Assembly (NCBI RefSeq): GCF_964204865.1
Contig: NC_135251.1
Coordinates: forward strand, 20,026,001-20,090,000
From: Styela clava
Taxonomy: Eukaryota
Length of the DNA: 64,000 nt
Direction: 5' to 3'
This document shows positions 1 to 13,600 of the stretch, piece by piece; within the stretch, counting starts at the first letter, position 1; the number at the start of each line of letters is the position of its first letter. Below the pieces are notes generated by a model that searched no databases, was not told the origin of the DNA, and was given only the letters and a program-made list of their open reading frames with translations. A program made the translations under genes and the position numbers.

Positions 1-593
1 TATTGATTGCTCCAACAAAAGCTGATTATGTACAAGTCATTAGTTGAGCTTCTATCAATGTCAACAAATATATTGCATCTATTTGCATTATATATAATGT
101 ACAAATCAAAACAGCACGAATGTAATGGACACGAATGACAAAACAAAGTAGTATGAAATTTTTTATAGTACTGGTAGTCTGACCTCAAGATCACTGAAAT
201 GTGATCACGGAACCACGGCAATCAATTTTTAATTTTGATGACGTCATCACACAAAACTTCGAAGTGAAAAAATAAATCCCACAGATACTTTTGAAATAAA
301 TAAAAGCAATAGCCTTCTAGCGATAAAAACAAGCTTCAAACACTAAAATTTCAAAGCTGGTTCAGTAGGTGAAAAAAGGCGATTTTTTCAAAACAACAAC
401 ATAATTTAAGTGGAAATTTTGATTGATTTTTCTTTTAACCAATTAACAATATGATCCATATATGATAATCGAGTTTTGCATAATCGAATGTTTATATTTG
501 TGACAGCAATGTTTTCTGTCATGGGAAGGTCCTATTTTCAAAGGTGACAATAAAACACGCGATGTAAAGTAAATATTATATAAGCAAAAATAC

Positions 594-1714
594 CTATGAA
601 TCGTACGACACGTCTTAGCGAAGCACTGATGTAGCAACCAGTTGATCCAATAGGAGGACCTCCGTTAGATTTACAACATATCGACAAAATAAGAAGAATT
701 GATTCAACAATCGCAATCTGCATAAAAAATGCAAACATTTTGCAATAGGAAACGTAGAATATATTCAAGTTCACCTTTGTATAGGAGAAAACAATTAACA
801 CCAAAAGCAGTACGAAAGCAAGAAGCGTAACTAGATGCACAAAGTCAAAAACGTAAATGCCAGGTACAAGCATTTAGAAGCTTATGATCTTAATTGTATG
901 AGGCGAAAACAATGCCCAAGGTTTAATATAATGTAAAATAGTTTGAAACATCATTTACCTAAGGTTAATATAATGTAAAATATTTTGAACATGATTTACC
1001 TATTACAATACATCTTGTTTTATTCTCGCCAATTATACAATGATGTGCATATTGTGCATATAGCAATTTTTAAATCAATACTCACTAATGCACAAGGTAC
1101 TGTCGAGGTGCAGATAAAAACAGCAATATTTGATATGCTTCTATTCTCTGCGGGTGTAAATGGACGTTTCAACGTAACATCAGTCGGGCTAAAAGTTACT
1201 GCATATGTTGTGAATACACTGGTAAAATGTAGAAGATAAGCAAGCACCGCTGCAATCCCGAATATCGGAATCTAAAAATTTATAAAATAGACCATTCTAG
1301 TGTTATATTGTCTTTATCGAGTCATTATTCTGACAATTGAGCGCTACGTATATTTCAACCAGCTGCCCTGTTAGTAGGGCATTTAAACAACAGAAACCAA
1401 CGTAATTTATTTTACATTTTATCATCAACTGTTTGCATCAACTATACTAAAACCTACAGTAGTTTCCTTCAAGTCCGTTTAGCTTGCATGCAAAGTCAGA
1501 TAATAAAAATTAGTTTTCTATACAACTAAAACCTAAATTGTATCAAAAATAATGTAATCAGATTTGATATATAATTTTGATTCTCTTTGTTGCGAGACAC
1601 TATTGAAAAGCAATTTCACCAGAAAATACCTACCTCAATAAAATAAAAACACGGTAAAAGCAACGGTCGCTCTCTGCGAGCCTTCCTTCTTGGGGTATCT
1701 TCCTGACTATTCAT
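594..1714 (-). CDS. Phospholipid phosphatase-related protein (PLPPR/PRG family), 5' part; exons 1714-1634, 1271-1086, 717-594; continues toward or beyond the left edge
   Basis: Spliced translation MNSQEDTPRRKARRERPLLLPCFYFIE|IPIFGIAAVLAYLLHFTSVF...PCAL|IAIVESILL...GCYISASLRRVVRFIG matches the LLPCFYFVE and GCxxNxFLRRxVRFVG signatures of vertebrate PLPPR3/4/5. All junctions are GT-AG with phases 0,0,1. Confidence 0.9.
918..1002. repeat. ~43-bp tandem duplication in a PLPPR intron
   Basis: AAGGTT(T)AATATAATGTAAAATA.TTTGAA(A)CAT.ATTTACCTA occurs twice. Confidence 0.75.
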
Positions 1715-3304
1715 CAAGTATTTTTGATATTTCTGCCAGCATTACATTTGAACTTAACCTAACTCACTTAAAACATCGACCGTTGGACGACTATCGTTTC
1801 ACTAAAAGATTCAAACGGGGATTTGTTTTACAATCGAGCGCCCAAATTACCAAGCTCGGCTTCACAAAAAAATCGTTAAAACCAACAATGCAAAGGAGCA
1901 GTTTTACATCGCTCGGCGTGGCAATCAAACCTTCCCAACGAAATGATTTCCCGTGGGAGGGAAGGTCGCAGTATTTCATCTCTCGTATTCAGATAGAGTA
2001 GCAAAGATATCTGTTTATCAATAGTGCTTTGTAGACCAGCTCATCTACAGGGATAAGAAAAATAGCTTGTTACAAAGGACCTAAGTTTGGAAGAGTTTAG
2101 CAGAAGCGTTTTCTCACTTTGATTAGAAAATGTAACGTGTAAGGGTGACTCCTGAGCCCTTGAATATTAGAATCGTTTAGCATAAAAGGAATGGCTGAAT
2201 AAATTATTTATGTGGCGTTCGATATTGGAGACTGCAGAGTATATAAATTGCTTACATTTTTGCAGTAGAAAAAGAATGTTTTCTTGATCATCTGCACTGA
2301 TACGAAAACTGGACAGACTTAGTAATTTTGTTACGATGTAACAGATGTTAGAATTGTGTGCTTTAACAGAAGTCGAAAATGAAAATTGTGAAAAACACTG
2401 TCGAGGTTAGTTGATTTAAAGAAAAAAAATTATTGTTGATGTATGTTTATTCGTCTCATAAAAGCACATAAAAGATTTGACAAATATCAATATTGAAGAC
2501 TGGATGTATATCTAAGTGATATTTCCACTCATACTTTTCTGTTGCACATTTGTTAGAAATTACTGATTGGTTTACTTTGATTGATTTAGATTTTAGTTTC
2601 ACCCTGGAAGCATAAAAACGGTAAATAGTAACAATTACAATGTCCAGTATGAATGAGATTATTCGAGTATTTTTCCTTTCTGAATCAGTTGACATACTGA
2701 AGTATACTAAGCCTGATATGATATGAGGTTTTTAGTAGCAAATAAGCTAGGGAAATTCACTATAAAGTGAAATTATGCGAATCATTGCACGAATGGGATT
2801 TTTTTTACAATCAAAAAATGTAAATAAAAAATGATTAAGCTTGCGTTATACGTTAACTATATTCATGATGGCGACATAACCAGGAATAAAGACGAATTCA
2901 CGGTAATCGATACATTTTGATTTTACACAACGGTATAATACGAAATACAAAATTGAAAAAATTATCGATTTATCTTTGTTAAAATAGATCAAGTGAGCGT
3001 GAATAAGAAGTACTCATTTTTATCGATTTTCATTTTTTCTTCATACCTGTATGACCTCCATTTTAAATACTTTCCTTTCCAATTGTTGAAGACGTATTTT
3101 ACTCTACATCTTATCTTTTCATTGATTAAAATTTTACGCGTATATTGTACAAGTATATATTCGTTTTTACTTTTCTTGCTGTAAAATAACGGTAATCACA
3201 CAATAAAAATAGAGACATGGCACGTAATAAACACGGCAACTGGTGTTTGGACCGAGCAATTGCTTCAGTCCACTTTGCTTACTTTTACATTTCCATATAT
3301 TAAC

Positions 3305-5995
3305 ATGCAAAGGGATGGATTTGAAACTTGGCAAAACACTCCGATGAGAATATTTTATGCCACTTCGGTATGCGATCTCAGCGGTCGTGTAATTTTAGTA
3401 TTAACCTAACCCGCTCAGATCGCATACCCAAGGGGTGCCGAAAATTCATTTTATTTTTATTCAGTTCAGGGCGTTCACTGTTCCTTATTTTTCTTTTTTT
3501 AGCTCGTATTGTTACTCGGTCTCGGTGTCCTTTCAACGTTTGTTTCTTTCCTGAGCCCTTCAAACAAAACTCATTACAACGTCTACGTTAGTTGCAATGA
3601 TGAGAGGTATCGCAAACCGTACATTCCGGTTGATGAACATCTAGTTCCTTTAAAATGGCTCTACGTTGCAGTACTGGTTGTATTACCATTGTTGGTATGT
3701 ATCTATTTTTTTTATAAATTTTGCATTGCTCTAATACTACAAAATAGACATGGTCGATAATATTGGTTTGGTTTTCTTCATCCTTTATACGATTTTATAC
3801 GTTGAATTGAATAAGTCCATTTTGATGTTCTTTAACGCCGTTTGATCTTTTAGTGCATTTGATTAACAAGCCTTTATATGAATTTCAGTGGAACGCATAA
3901 GTTATGATTTCTTGTGCCAATCAATTGGTACTCCGTCTTCTATAATTAAGGAAAATGTCTCAGGTGTTGTCCTGAATATGTATACAGACTTCCTCGAAAT
4001 CATAACATAAAAAAAACTTCACTTTTTGCGATCAGATACTCATCGTCGATATCATACTATGTGCTGGTTTCCCAAAAGTGAAGAAAGAACGGAAGAAGCA
4101 TAAACTCGCTAAAGCATTTGAAGATTCTTGTAATACTTTGGGTAAATTAAACATTTCCCGTCTCAAATTTTGTATTCATTAAATTGTCCACTGAGTGGCG
4201 TTTTCCTAACAATCTTTATTGTTTTCTTTTTTAATTCACTAAATGCAATCTATTTGTGATGCCATGTTCTACCTCACACTTTGTGAGTTGATATTTTTGT
4301 TTTTATTCCTTTATTTATTTATATTTTGTTAATCTCTCATTTTTTTTTCAAATTCACTGATTCTTGTTAGTTGTTTACAGCTCTGTATTATTCCGGTTTG
4401 TTCATCCTTATGTTGTTTTGCAAACTTTCTCAATTTTTGGGAGGGACTCCCGCACCATATTTTCTCACCCTCTGCTCGCCAGGATGTTCAAATGTTACTG
4501 GATCCTATCGTGATGAGACTACATCAAGATTTTACATTACACAGGAAACTTGTTCACGTGCTGCCCAGGAAAAACTTCGACCTGACACCCTGTAAGTAAC
4601 TAATTTACGTAAAACATGTATACATATGTATACTTTACATAAATATTCATTACATTGTTACTGGGGCATGGTAGTTCATGTCTATAATAAATGCATTGAT
4701 ATTTCAACAGGTCGTCTTTCCCCTCCATCCATGCAGCGCTTACATGCTATGCAGCAGCATTTGTAACGGTAAGCTCGTTTCTTTCGTTTTACTCTGTGTA
4801 AGCTGAATCTTAAAACATATGATAATATATATATACACTTCAAATGCAAAAGAATTTCAATTTCTTTTATAAAGTTTCTCAATCCACCTAGGCCTTGGTT
4901 GATAATCAATAAAATAATTTATAGGTTGAAAGAGTTAGAAGAGTTAGAGTTAGGTTGAAAAGACCACAAGCTATTTATATATGTAACCGATGAGCGATAC
5001 AGAAATCTTTTTTTAAGTAAATTTGTGATTTGACACGAGACTGTTAAACCGAATCAAACAGAATACAGTTGTTGTAGTTATGAATTTTGATGCTGTCACA
5101 TAACCTGTGTTAGAACGCTTTACGTCCTCGTGAAGACTATATCATAACTGAGTATTTTGTGCTACATGCAATCTTTTTACGGTTTAAATAGTTTATAATA
5201 TGCTGAAATTGTATTTTTCTTTGCATTTAGCTTACCATGTGAATCGCCATTTTTTGTCAGTTGTTGGAGGCAATTGTGTTCATTTTTAGGTATTCTACTA
5301 TTCGCGAGGAACGACTTCATACACTCGATTACTCCAGCCGTCAATTGCAGCATTATTTGTGGGACTTTCTATTGTGACGTCAATGTCACGCATCAATGAA
5401 TACTCCAATCACACTGAAGATGTTGTAGGAGAAGCCGGGATTGGGATTCTGTTTGCTGCTGTTCAGGTTTGTGTAATGTCATCATTTTGAGAATGAACGT
5501 AACCACTTCTCACTGAAAAGTACTAAATATTTAGATGGCTTTATATCGCGCCATCTAGAAACCGAGGTGCCGGTGAGCACTCGTTACCGCATAACGAAGA
5601 GAAATGCAAATCAATATGTTCATTCGCCATCACCCCAAACAGGTTGCTTCACGGACGAAGCTGTCACTATATTCACTCATTTTCGCCAATGAGCAATTTT
5701 CCATGTACCCGTTAATTTAATGTTGTATGTCATATTCATATCTTCTTTGTTTTTAAATAATTTTGCATCCCACATTTTGAGCCGGCGCACTCGCTTGCTC
5801 CAACAGTTCCATACTGGGAGATACCATATTTTTGTGAAGAATATGAGAACAGACTCGCTATGATATTTCTAATCCAAAGACCCGTGATCAACATTACTAG
5901 TTAGAAATTTGATATACTGAAAAAGCCCTATAATATTTTAGATTACTCTCATCGGATATAAAGAATTACCAGAGAAGACAACAAAAAGCCAATAA
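3305..5995 (+). CDS. Second, divergent PLPPR/PAP2-family six-TM protein, ~286 aa; exons 3305-3367, 3503-3694, 4036-4141, 4381-4591, 4711-4768, 5290-5466, 5942-5995
   Basis: GT-AG exons join in frame (phases 0,0,1,2,0,0). Motifs: SCNDERYRKPY, QFLGGTPAPYFLTLC (degenerate C1), SFPSIHA (C2), SRINEYSNHTEDV (C3). AATAAA near 6051. The first and last exons are less certain than the internal ones. Confidence 0.85.
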
Positions 5996-7111
5996 AGAGT
6001 GGAATGGTCAGCTAGTGTTGTACATGTTTAGTGGATATATTGTCAAAATGAATAAACACACACATACATACCACTGTTTTCCATAAATATGGAACCTTTT
6101 GTTCTTCAGTATCTAGTATACGTCAAGGTATATGGAATAATTTTGTTATTGTAACGGATAGCTAGATTTACATATCTCAGCCATGTAGGCTGCTAACCAA
6201 AGGACTAAATATAACGTAAAGCTAATTTGTTGTTTATGTGATGTAGTTAAACTTGTTCTACTCATCATGATGCTTTTCTTCTACAATATCTTCAGCTCTT
6301 TCACTCGAATGAATATGTTATAAACTTGGTTGATTTGATATAAGATAAAAGGTTTTCTAGTTTTTAAGTAATAAATCCTATATTAGACATCAGAATAACC
6401 GGGGTATTCTTCACGACCAACGAATACGGGAATGAAAATCAAAGTCATAATTTCTTATTGTTTCTACCCCTTGTATTACTCATTATCATATACGGTCCAT
6501 AACACTAAATTGAATTTAATAATGTTGTAATTTGCAACCCTTAATATAGATTTTGAACGTGATAGAAAACATACACAGTCATTATTGGCCACAAAAATTA
6601 AAATTTTAGCCCACATCGTGTACATCCTATTATATTGACTGACAAATTCACATAACAGAAAAAATACATAGAAATGAATAAAAAGTTGGAAAATATATGC
6701 ATCTAAAAGTGGTAACATTTAGTATTAAAAAGGGTAATTAAAGTTAAAATATCATACAACGTTTACAACCTTGTAACAGTTTTTTTTTTCAATTCGAAAT
6801 TTTCAACACAAAACAATAAAAACAAATATCTGAAAGCAGGCGCTCAGCAACACGCAATTCAATCTACTCAACTGTATTGCAAAGAAAACATTTGGAACTA
6901 TTTATACAATATATCAATGATCTGCACTTAAGACGAAAATTTTTCAACAAAGTAATGTATAAGGCAGTGATACTTATATTTAAATTATTATATTGGGAAT
7001 AGCATGGACAAATTTGTTCTCATTCAGGTAAGATACATAAATATACCTCTAATGAAGAGTGATTCGTTCTTTTGAAAATTAGAACAATTTTAATCTTATT
7101 TTATCGTTTCA

Positions 7112-7633
7112 TTAAACTAGCTCTTCTAAACAGAGGAAGCGAACGTTGAAATCACCGCACTTTTCGCCATTCCGTTGGTCGCTGTTGTAACACGCTAAAC
7201 CTTTTTCCGCGTCGAACGTTCGGAAGATTTGTCCTGTTGTGTATGCAGCGCTGCAAAAAGAGAGAAAATTTGACTGAACGATGTTTAGTAGCATAAAACG
7301 AGAGAGTGAAATTAGAAATAGGGCTAATGAGAGACATCAACTTAATACGAGAGAATATACGAGAGTTAAATGAGAGAGAAAATCATAACGAGAAATTTAC
7401 AGACAATAAATTCATATAAATTGGATAGATATAAAACCAAAGATTAAAAATAAATAACAAAGATTGTATAAAAAAAAATCAAAATATATACCTTCCGTTT
7501 CTAAGTCGCGCTTCAATAGACACGGGCCTGTCGCAAATTTTGTGGTCAAGCTTAAGTAATTCTAGTAATTCAAAATCCCCCCTATGGTCAGGGTCATCCC
7601 GATCAAACCACTCCGTCCAGACAGTTTTACAAG
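7112..7633 (-). CDS. C-terminal WxxW (mucin CysD/CILP-type) domain; exons 7633-7492 and 7250-7112 including the stop codon
   Basis: [19 protein letters not shown]...[11 protein letters not shown]...TGQ...GLACYNSDQ...[10 protein letters not shown]. Confidence 0.9.
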
Positions 7634-10600
7634 CTGAAAAGAATGAAATTTCAATTTTTAGATTTTAATATACTATTAATGATTTAATGGTTGAGAATGA
7701 AATATATAAATTGGATAATTTTCGTCGATCGTTAACAAAGAAAGAAACGCAATTGCTCTGTGCGAATACGAAAGAGAATTTTTAACGACGAACTCGTGTG
7801 TATTGGTAGCACGAGCTTCACTACAAGGTTACATGGCGAAAAAGAAAGATATTGCGGTGTTTATGCAGCAAGAGGCACAGATTAGCCGTTAAATCAGGAG
7901 TGACCAATCTGATTTTGACCGCGATCGACTAAAATCAAAATCGTCAAAATAGCTCGCGATCGACTATACAATATAAGCTCGGCTCTGTGGGCACATTCTC
8001 AATACAATTGCCACAAAAATTTGCATGTTTCATTTATTTAAAAAACAACTAAAATTAGTCTTCGATATATATACTTACTATAAGCAGGTGCTCCAGTTTC
8101 AACTCCCGTTTTCATAGCTTCCATATATGCATCTAATTTATCTATCCATACTTGCATAGTTTTTCCTTTCCATTCAGTAAAATTTTTCTTCGCTTTATCG
8201 CAGACTGGAGTTGTCCCTTTTAGAGAATAAACAATTACAATTCATTGTAAACAAACACAAAAAATATTCTTGTTTTTGTAAATTTGCACAGCATCTGCAT
8301 ATATAAAAATCCGACTTCAGAAAGAAGAATACAATGCCATATGCGCATTTTTCATATTTATGATTTCTTTAACATTCGACACCAATTAAAATATGAACTG
8401 TTTGATCATGTATTAAACCAGGGGTTTTGTTGTTGAAAAAATGTATCAGAAATGAGTAGTTTATTACCTTTGCAAGTCTTCATATCACTTGTTAAATTGT
8501 ATCCATCTCTACAACTACAAACAACTTGATTATCTACCCATGAACACATGTGATCACATCCGCCATTGTTGTATCGGCATTCATCTGAATAAAGAGACAC
8601 ATTATATTATACATGTGATTTTTTTTGTCCAATTGCACGCTAAGGGTACCAGATTGTTAGATCAAGTATAGCAATCTTGCCTTTTCAACAAATAAATGTA
8701 ACTATGTTCTAATATATTGTTGTAGAATATGAGCAACATCATGCCCGTCGAAATTTTCATTTAGTTTTATGGCCTAAATTAAAACGTGCCTTCTGTAATA
8801 ATCAGAACAAACTCTGACACAACAAATCCTGTACTTACTTTCCCAATGACAACCGTACGTATGATCTTTATGTCCACAGAATTGTCCTGGATAACATGTT
8901 GTTTTTTGACATGACAATTCACCATTATGACATTGACATTTCTTTTCACAATCTTCTAAGTACGAATCAAAGTTATTCTAAAAGGAATGAAATAAAATAT
9001 TTACAAATTGTTATAAAGCCAGCTTGAAGGAAATTTTTCGGTATTGGAAAATACATCACATACCGGATAATATTCTCCTTCGTTGCTTACACATCCGCAA
9101 TCGGTTGCATTCACACACCTTTCTCCGTCTAATACAAATCCATCATCACATTGACAACCTGTTTAAAAGTTGAATACCATGATTTACCATGAACACATGT
9201 AACTAAATCATGACAGAAAATCATTCTCATTTAAACAGATACAACATAGTTAAGTATCTTGATCTCGCAAACACATTTGTAAAAAAGACAAACAATTTGT
9301 TGAAATACCTAGTTTTGTAAATTTATTGTAGATTGATGCATATGTTGCAAATTTTCTGTGTTTCTATTTGCTATATTATTTTACTGTCCTAAATATAATC
9401 ATACAATATGGATATATAGCGAAATATTATTTATTTGTATATATCACTATAGGGTTAGAGTAAGGGTAGGCCATTACAAATTATCAATTTATTTTCAATC
9501 AAGTTTTCGTTAATGATCTGTATCCGACTCCTTTCAGTTCGGAGGTCTGGCTTACCTGGTACGCATTCATCGCCCATAAAAGTGTTTGCTTTGCATTTAG
9601 TTGCATCCTGATCAGAGCACGTGAGTTGACATTCTGTCATGCAGGACTCAAAATGGCTGTTTGTTGGACAATGCATGATTACAACTGAAATAAACAAAAA
9701 CATCGTTAAATTTAATACTCTACGATTGAAACTATTAGTAATTGCAAATGATCATATACAACATATGTTAAAATCGGTCATTTTCCAGAGATGACATCTT
9801 AAATTTTGTTTTACATACAATTCAAATCTTCGTCAATTGTGGCTACATTGAATCAATCTGCAGCATGTGTAGTATGGTGTCCCCAATTTAATATAGACTA
9901 TTCTAATGCTGTTACCTGGTAACTCCGGTTGTGGAGGAAGCGCGTTTTTCACGTGGTCAGCTCTTGGTTCTTCTTTACAAATTCCGTAGAAATTATGAAT
10001 ATTATTATCAGTAGACTCTCTGTCACCCTGAGAGGCACACATCTCATACAAGCAATATTTGTACAAGTCACATCTGGGCGTTGAGGTGTAATTTCCATTG
10101 TATTTTTCGGAACAATAATCTTTGTATTGAGACAGTTCTAGCTCAGTAGTGCAGACTTGTGGAACCGATATTTGTTTTCGGCAACTGGAATTAAAAATCA
10201 TTTTAATGGAGAGAAGAATTTATGAATTCCAACCGGTGGGTCACCTAACCAACTTCAAAAAATGTAGCTGAGCCACTTAAAAGTAAAGAATGCGGCTATC
10301 GCTCAGCCTTGCAGTAATGAAGACACCGAGCGAAACGACAAAAGATTTACCGCAACGAAAAAACAACAAACATTATGTATTTATACCCGAGTGATAGACT
10401 TTTTAAACATAAACTGTTGGTTCAGGACTTTAATACATGATGGGGAGTGTTAACAAGGGCCACACCAAATGGCGTGGCGGGCCGGATTGTGGACCGCCTA
10501 TTGCACACCCCTCTAGAGAGTACGTAACTTTTGTTCAAAGAGTCCTAGATTATTGAACAATCATACACATACAGGTATTCATGTGCTGGAGTGTTTAATG

Positions 10601-13600
10601 GGACTTTTGGGTACAATCATACACAAACATGAGTTCATTTGTTCAAGTGTTTAATGAAACTTTTGGATATAATCATACACAAACAAAAGTTTAAGTGTTT
10701 AATAAATTTTCTTCACTTTCGGGTTCATTTAAGTTCCTTTTGATGGGGTCGCCCTTTATTTACTGAGCTGATCAAAGAAATATTAATAAAAGAATGATAA
10801 AAATGGTTATATGGTAAAATATTTGCATGGAATCTGATTATGCTTCAACGAATGCGTGAAGCAAACCTCTACTTCAGATATAACTCTACTCACCCCGCAT
10901 CTGAACCTGCATCTCTCCAACTGTTAACAAAAGTTGGTACATCAGTTTCAATAACTCCCGTCGATGTTCTGAAATCGTTTGCCTCATTTTCATCAAAATC
11001 TCCACAGAGTCCTTCCATTTGATTTGACATCGGTTGGCGAGCTTCGATTCGAAGACTGTTGAAATATAAGTATTGATAAAAAGTCTTTCAAAATCAAATA
11101 AAATGACCTCATTAGCCGTTTCAACCTCGAACTTGAATCCTACTCAAATTTGCAAGCAATCATCCATCACCACATTAACGTTTTGTGATATTATAAAATA
11201 TCTTTTATTAAGTTGCAAGATTTACCTTTGTTTGCCATCCCATCTTATGACCAATCCAAATTGAAATACGGCGACAATAAATCTTCCAAATTTTCTTATA
11301 GAAACTTCATCTAGTGTTGAGCCAATTGCAACATTTCTACCATTTACCTAAAAATAAATATATTACAAGCATTTTGTGATTTTTTGTAAGTAACAAACCT
11401 GAGTTGCCTGGTTATGTCAAATAGAATGAAATGGAAATTAGAACCGGCTTTCTATTAGATTATTCATTCAATTTCATGAAGGAAAGAATTTTAGAGGAAT
11501 TGAAAATAGGTCAAAACCAGCTTACCATTACGGTCTTATCTTGTGCCATTATCATATCCATTTTATTTGTTGTAATAAAAACTTGAGCTACTCTTGATAA
11601 GTTGGAATTCGAGTTAGAAGACTCAAGATCGACTTTCACGGCGAAAGGCGATATTGTGGAATCCTTTCGAGATTTTATCGCAGTAAATATACATGTTGCC
11701 GTTGTGTTGAATCTCATCCCATCGAATGTGGAAAACATACCATTACCAAAAGCTTGACAATAGGCTCGAATCTGTACATACGATAATACGAATGTTCAAT
11801 ATATATGCTAAAAACAGTTGTTTTTCAATATCTTTGCGATTAACATTGGCGATTATATCAAATATTCCATCTCTACTGGTAGATTATTCAAGATTTGACA
11901 GACATTGGAAATGTGATTTTTGACTGGGAGTAAAACTACAAATCTACTTTCTGTTTAAAAAAATGTACAGCTAATGGTTGTAGAAACATATTCACATAGC
12001 ACCACACAAACGACTCATAGATATATTATTTACCCTTGATCGAACAGTGCATTGTTGGAATCCGTCATCGTCTTTAGCGCATTTTGCTCTTGTAATACAT
12101 GGTTCCGCCTTTTCGCAAGTATTCATATCGTTGCCAAGACATGTACATTTATCTTGGCATTGATTAGCTCGATATGAAAAACCTGATGATAAAATAATAA
12201 GTAATAAGGTATCTGATAATTCAGCTTTCTGTATAAAAGTTTACAAAACGCAAGGACGTCAATCAACAAAAAGTTGTGGAAGATTTCTGATAAAAGAAGA
12301 AACCACCGATATGCTATATTTAAATTATTCATACAACAAAGATGTCAGTACACACAAGCTTATATCAGACTTGAAACAATTCAAGAAATAGATTGGCACA
12401 GTGAAATTTTACAGACGAAAATAACAAAGATCATTCATCTTAGAAATTTTGATACCAAAGGGCAATGAAAACAAAATCATAATATATTAGTTCGTCTAAA
12501 CAAATTTTGAGGGAATGAGAACACAAAGTAGAGACGAAAAGGTCATGAATATATTAGATACAAAATATGGTTTAATTAAAGCTGGTGCAACTTGACTTGC
12601 AAAACGAAAAGGAACTGATACTTGATTCTTCAGCTTCTATTTTCAATAGAACAAACTGTATGAATACTGGAATACTGTATAAATATCATGTCCAGCTGCC
12701 ATGCGCTGTCTATAAGAGTTTTATACCTGTGGGAACGAGTTTCCTGTTAACAACACAGCCACCACATGTTGACTTAGGCAAGCAATGTCCATTCGATCTC
12801 ATATATCCTTCATCACAAACGCAGTCTTCAACTTGTTGATGTCTGCATCTGTAATAAACATTTTTTATTCAATCGTTGCTCCCTGCAATAACGTTGAGGA
12901 GTTATGTATTTATGTGAAAGCATTACTTGAAGTTGAACACTTGGCTCCAATCGAACAAATGTCATATACTGCAACTAACTAAATTTTCAGATTTTAAAAT
13001 TTGATCTAAACTTAGCAGCAAATAAATTGAAAACCCTTACTCTTTCTCTGAAGCCGTGCCGCAAGTTTCTTCGCATGCTTTTGTGCATCCCGAATAGTGA
13101 CTGTTAACTGGACAAGCGATTTGCAATTGATAATTCTTTCTCCAATTACACACAGGTGTATCTATGGCCATACACTCGTGAGCGTAGGCTTTGAGAGCCT
13201 ATGTAATATATAATGTAAATTAGTAAAAGACAGTAGATCGATAACAGAAATGTACAGAAATACGTTAAAAAAATTATTCTTTATAATTACGAATATACTG
13301 TTGCTAAAAAAAATAAGTAGCAAATCAAATAAAATTAAATCAATAAATGACAAAATTAATTATAATTTTATCCAATCTTGACGTTGGCCTTACAATTTTA
13401 GTAAAACCAACTGTTTTATTCTATAAATATAAATAAAAATCACTTCAGCCAATACGTCTTTGTCTCCACCAGACCTGCATACATCATGAACGCATGCTTC
13501 GAAAAACTCATTTGCTTTTAGCTTCGAACTACAATTCTCGAATTCGGAGTTGGGATCCATAATAGCTCCACAGTGGTCCGATGCTCCGCTGGAAAAAAAA

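Noticed and set aside
170-420. Probable dispersed repeat around the TGATGACGTCATCA palindrome, and scattered TGACGTCA (CRE-like) sites elsewhere
   Set aside because: No termini or second full copy within the window; isolated 8-mers cannot be called regulatory.
538-873. 111-aa hydrophobic ORF resembling a GPCR TM2-TM3 fragment
   Set aside because: Only 594-717 is coding (PLPPR exon 3); the hydrophobic flanks are T-rich intron sequence read through.
1690-2001. 103-aa plus-strand ORF between the PLPPR genes
   Set aside because: Non-ATG start, no recognisable motif, and it overlaps the 5' region of the minus-strand gene.
12925-12970. Cys-containing possible extra exon ([13 protein letters not shown]) in assembly 8
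   Set aside because: No acceptor gives the required phase 2 without a stop; exons 13198-13041 and 12848-12727 join directly in frame.
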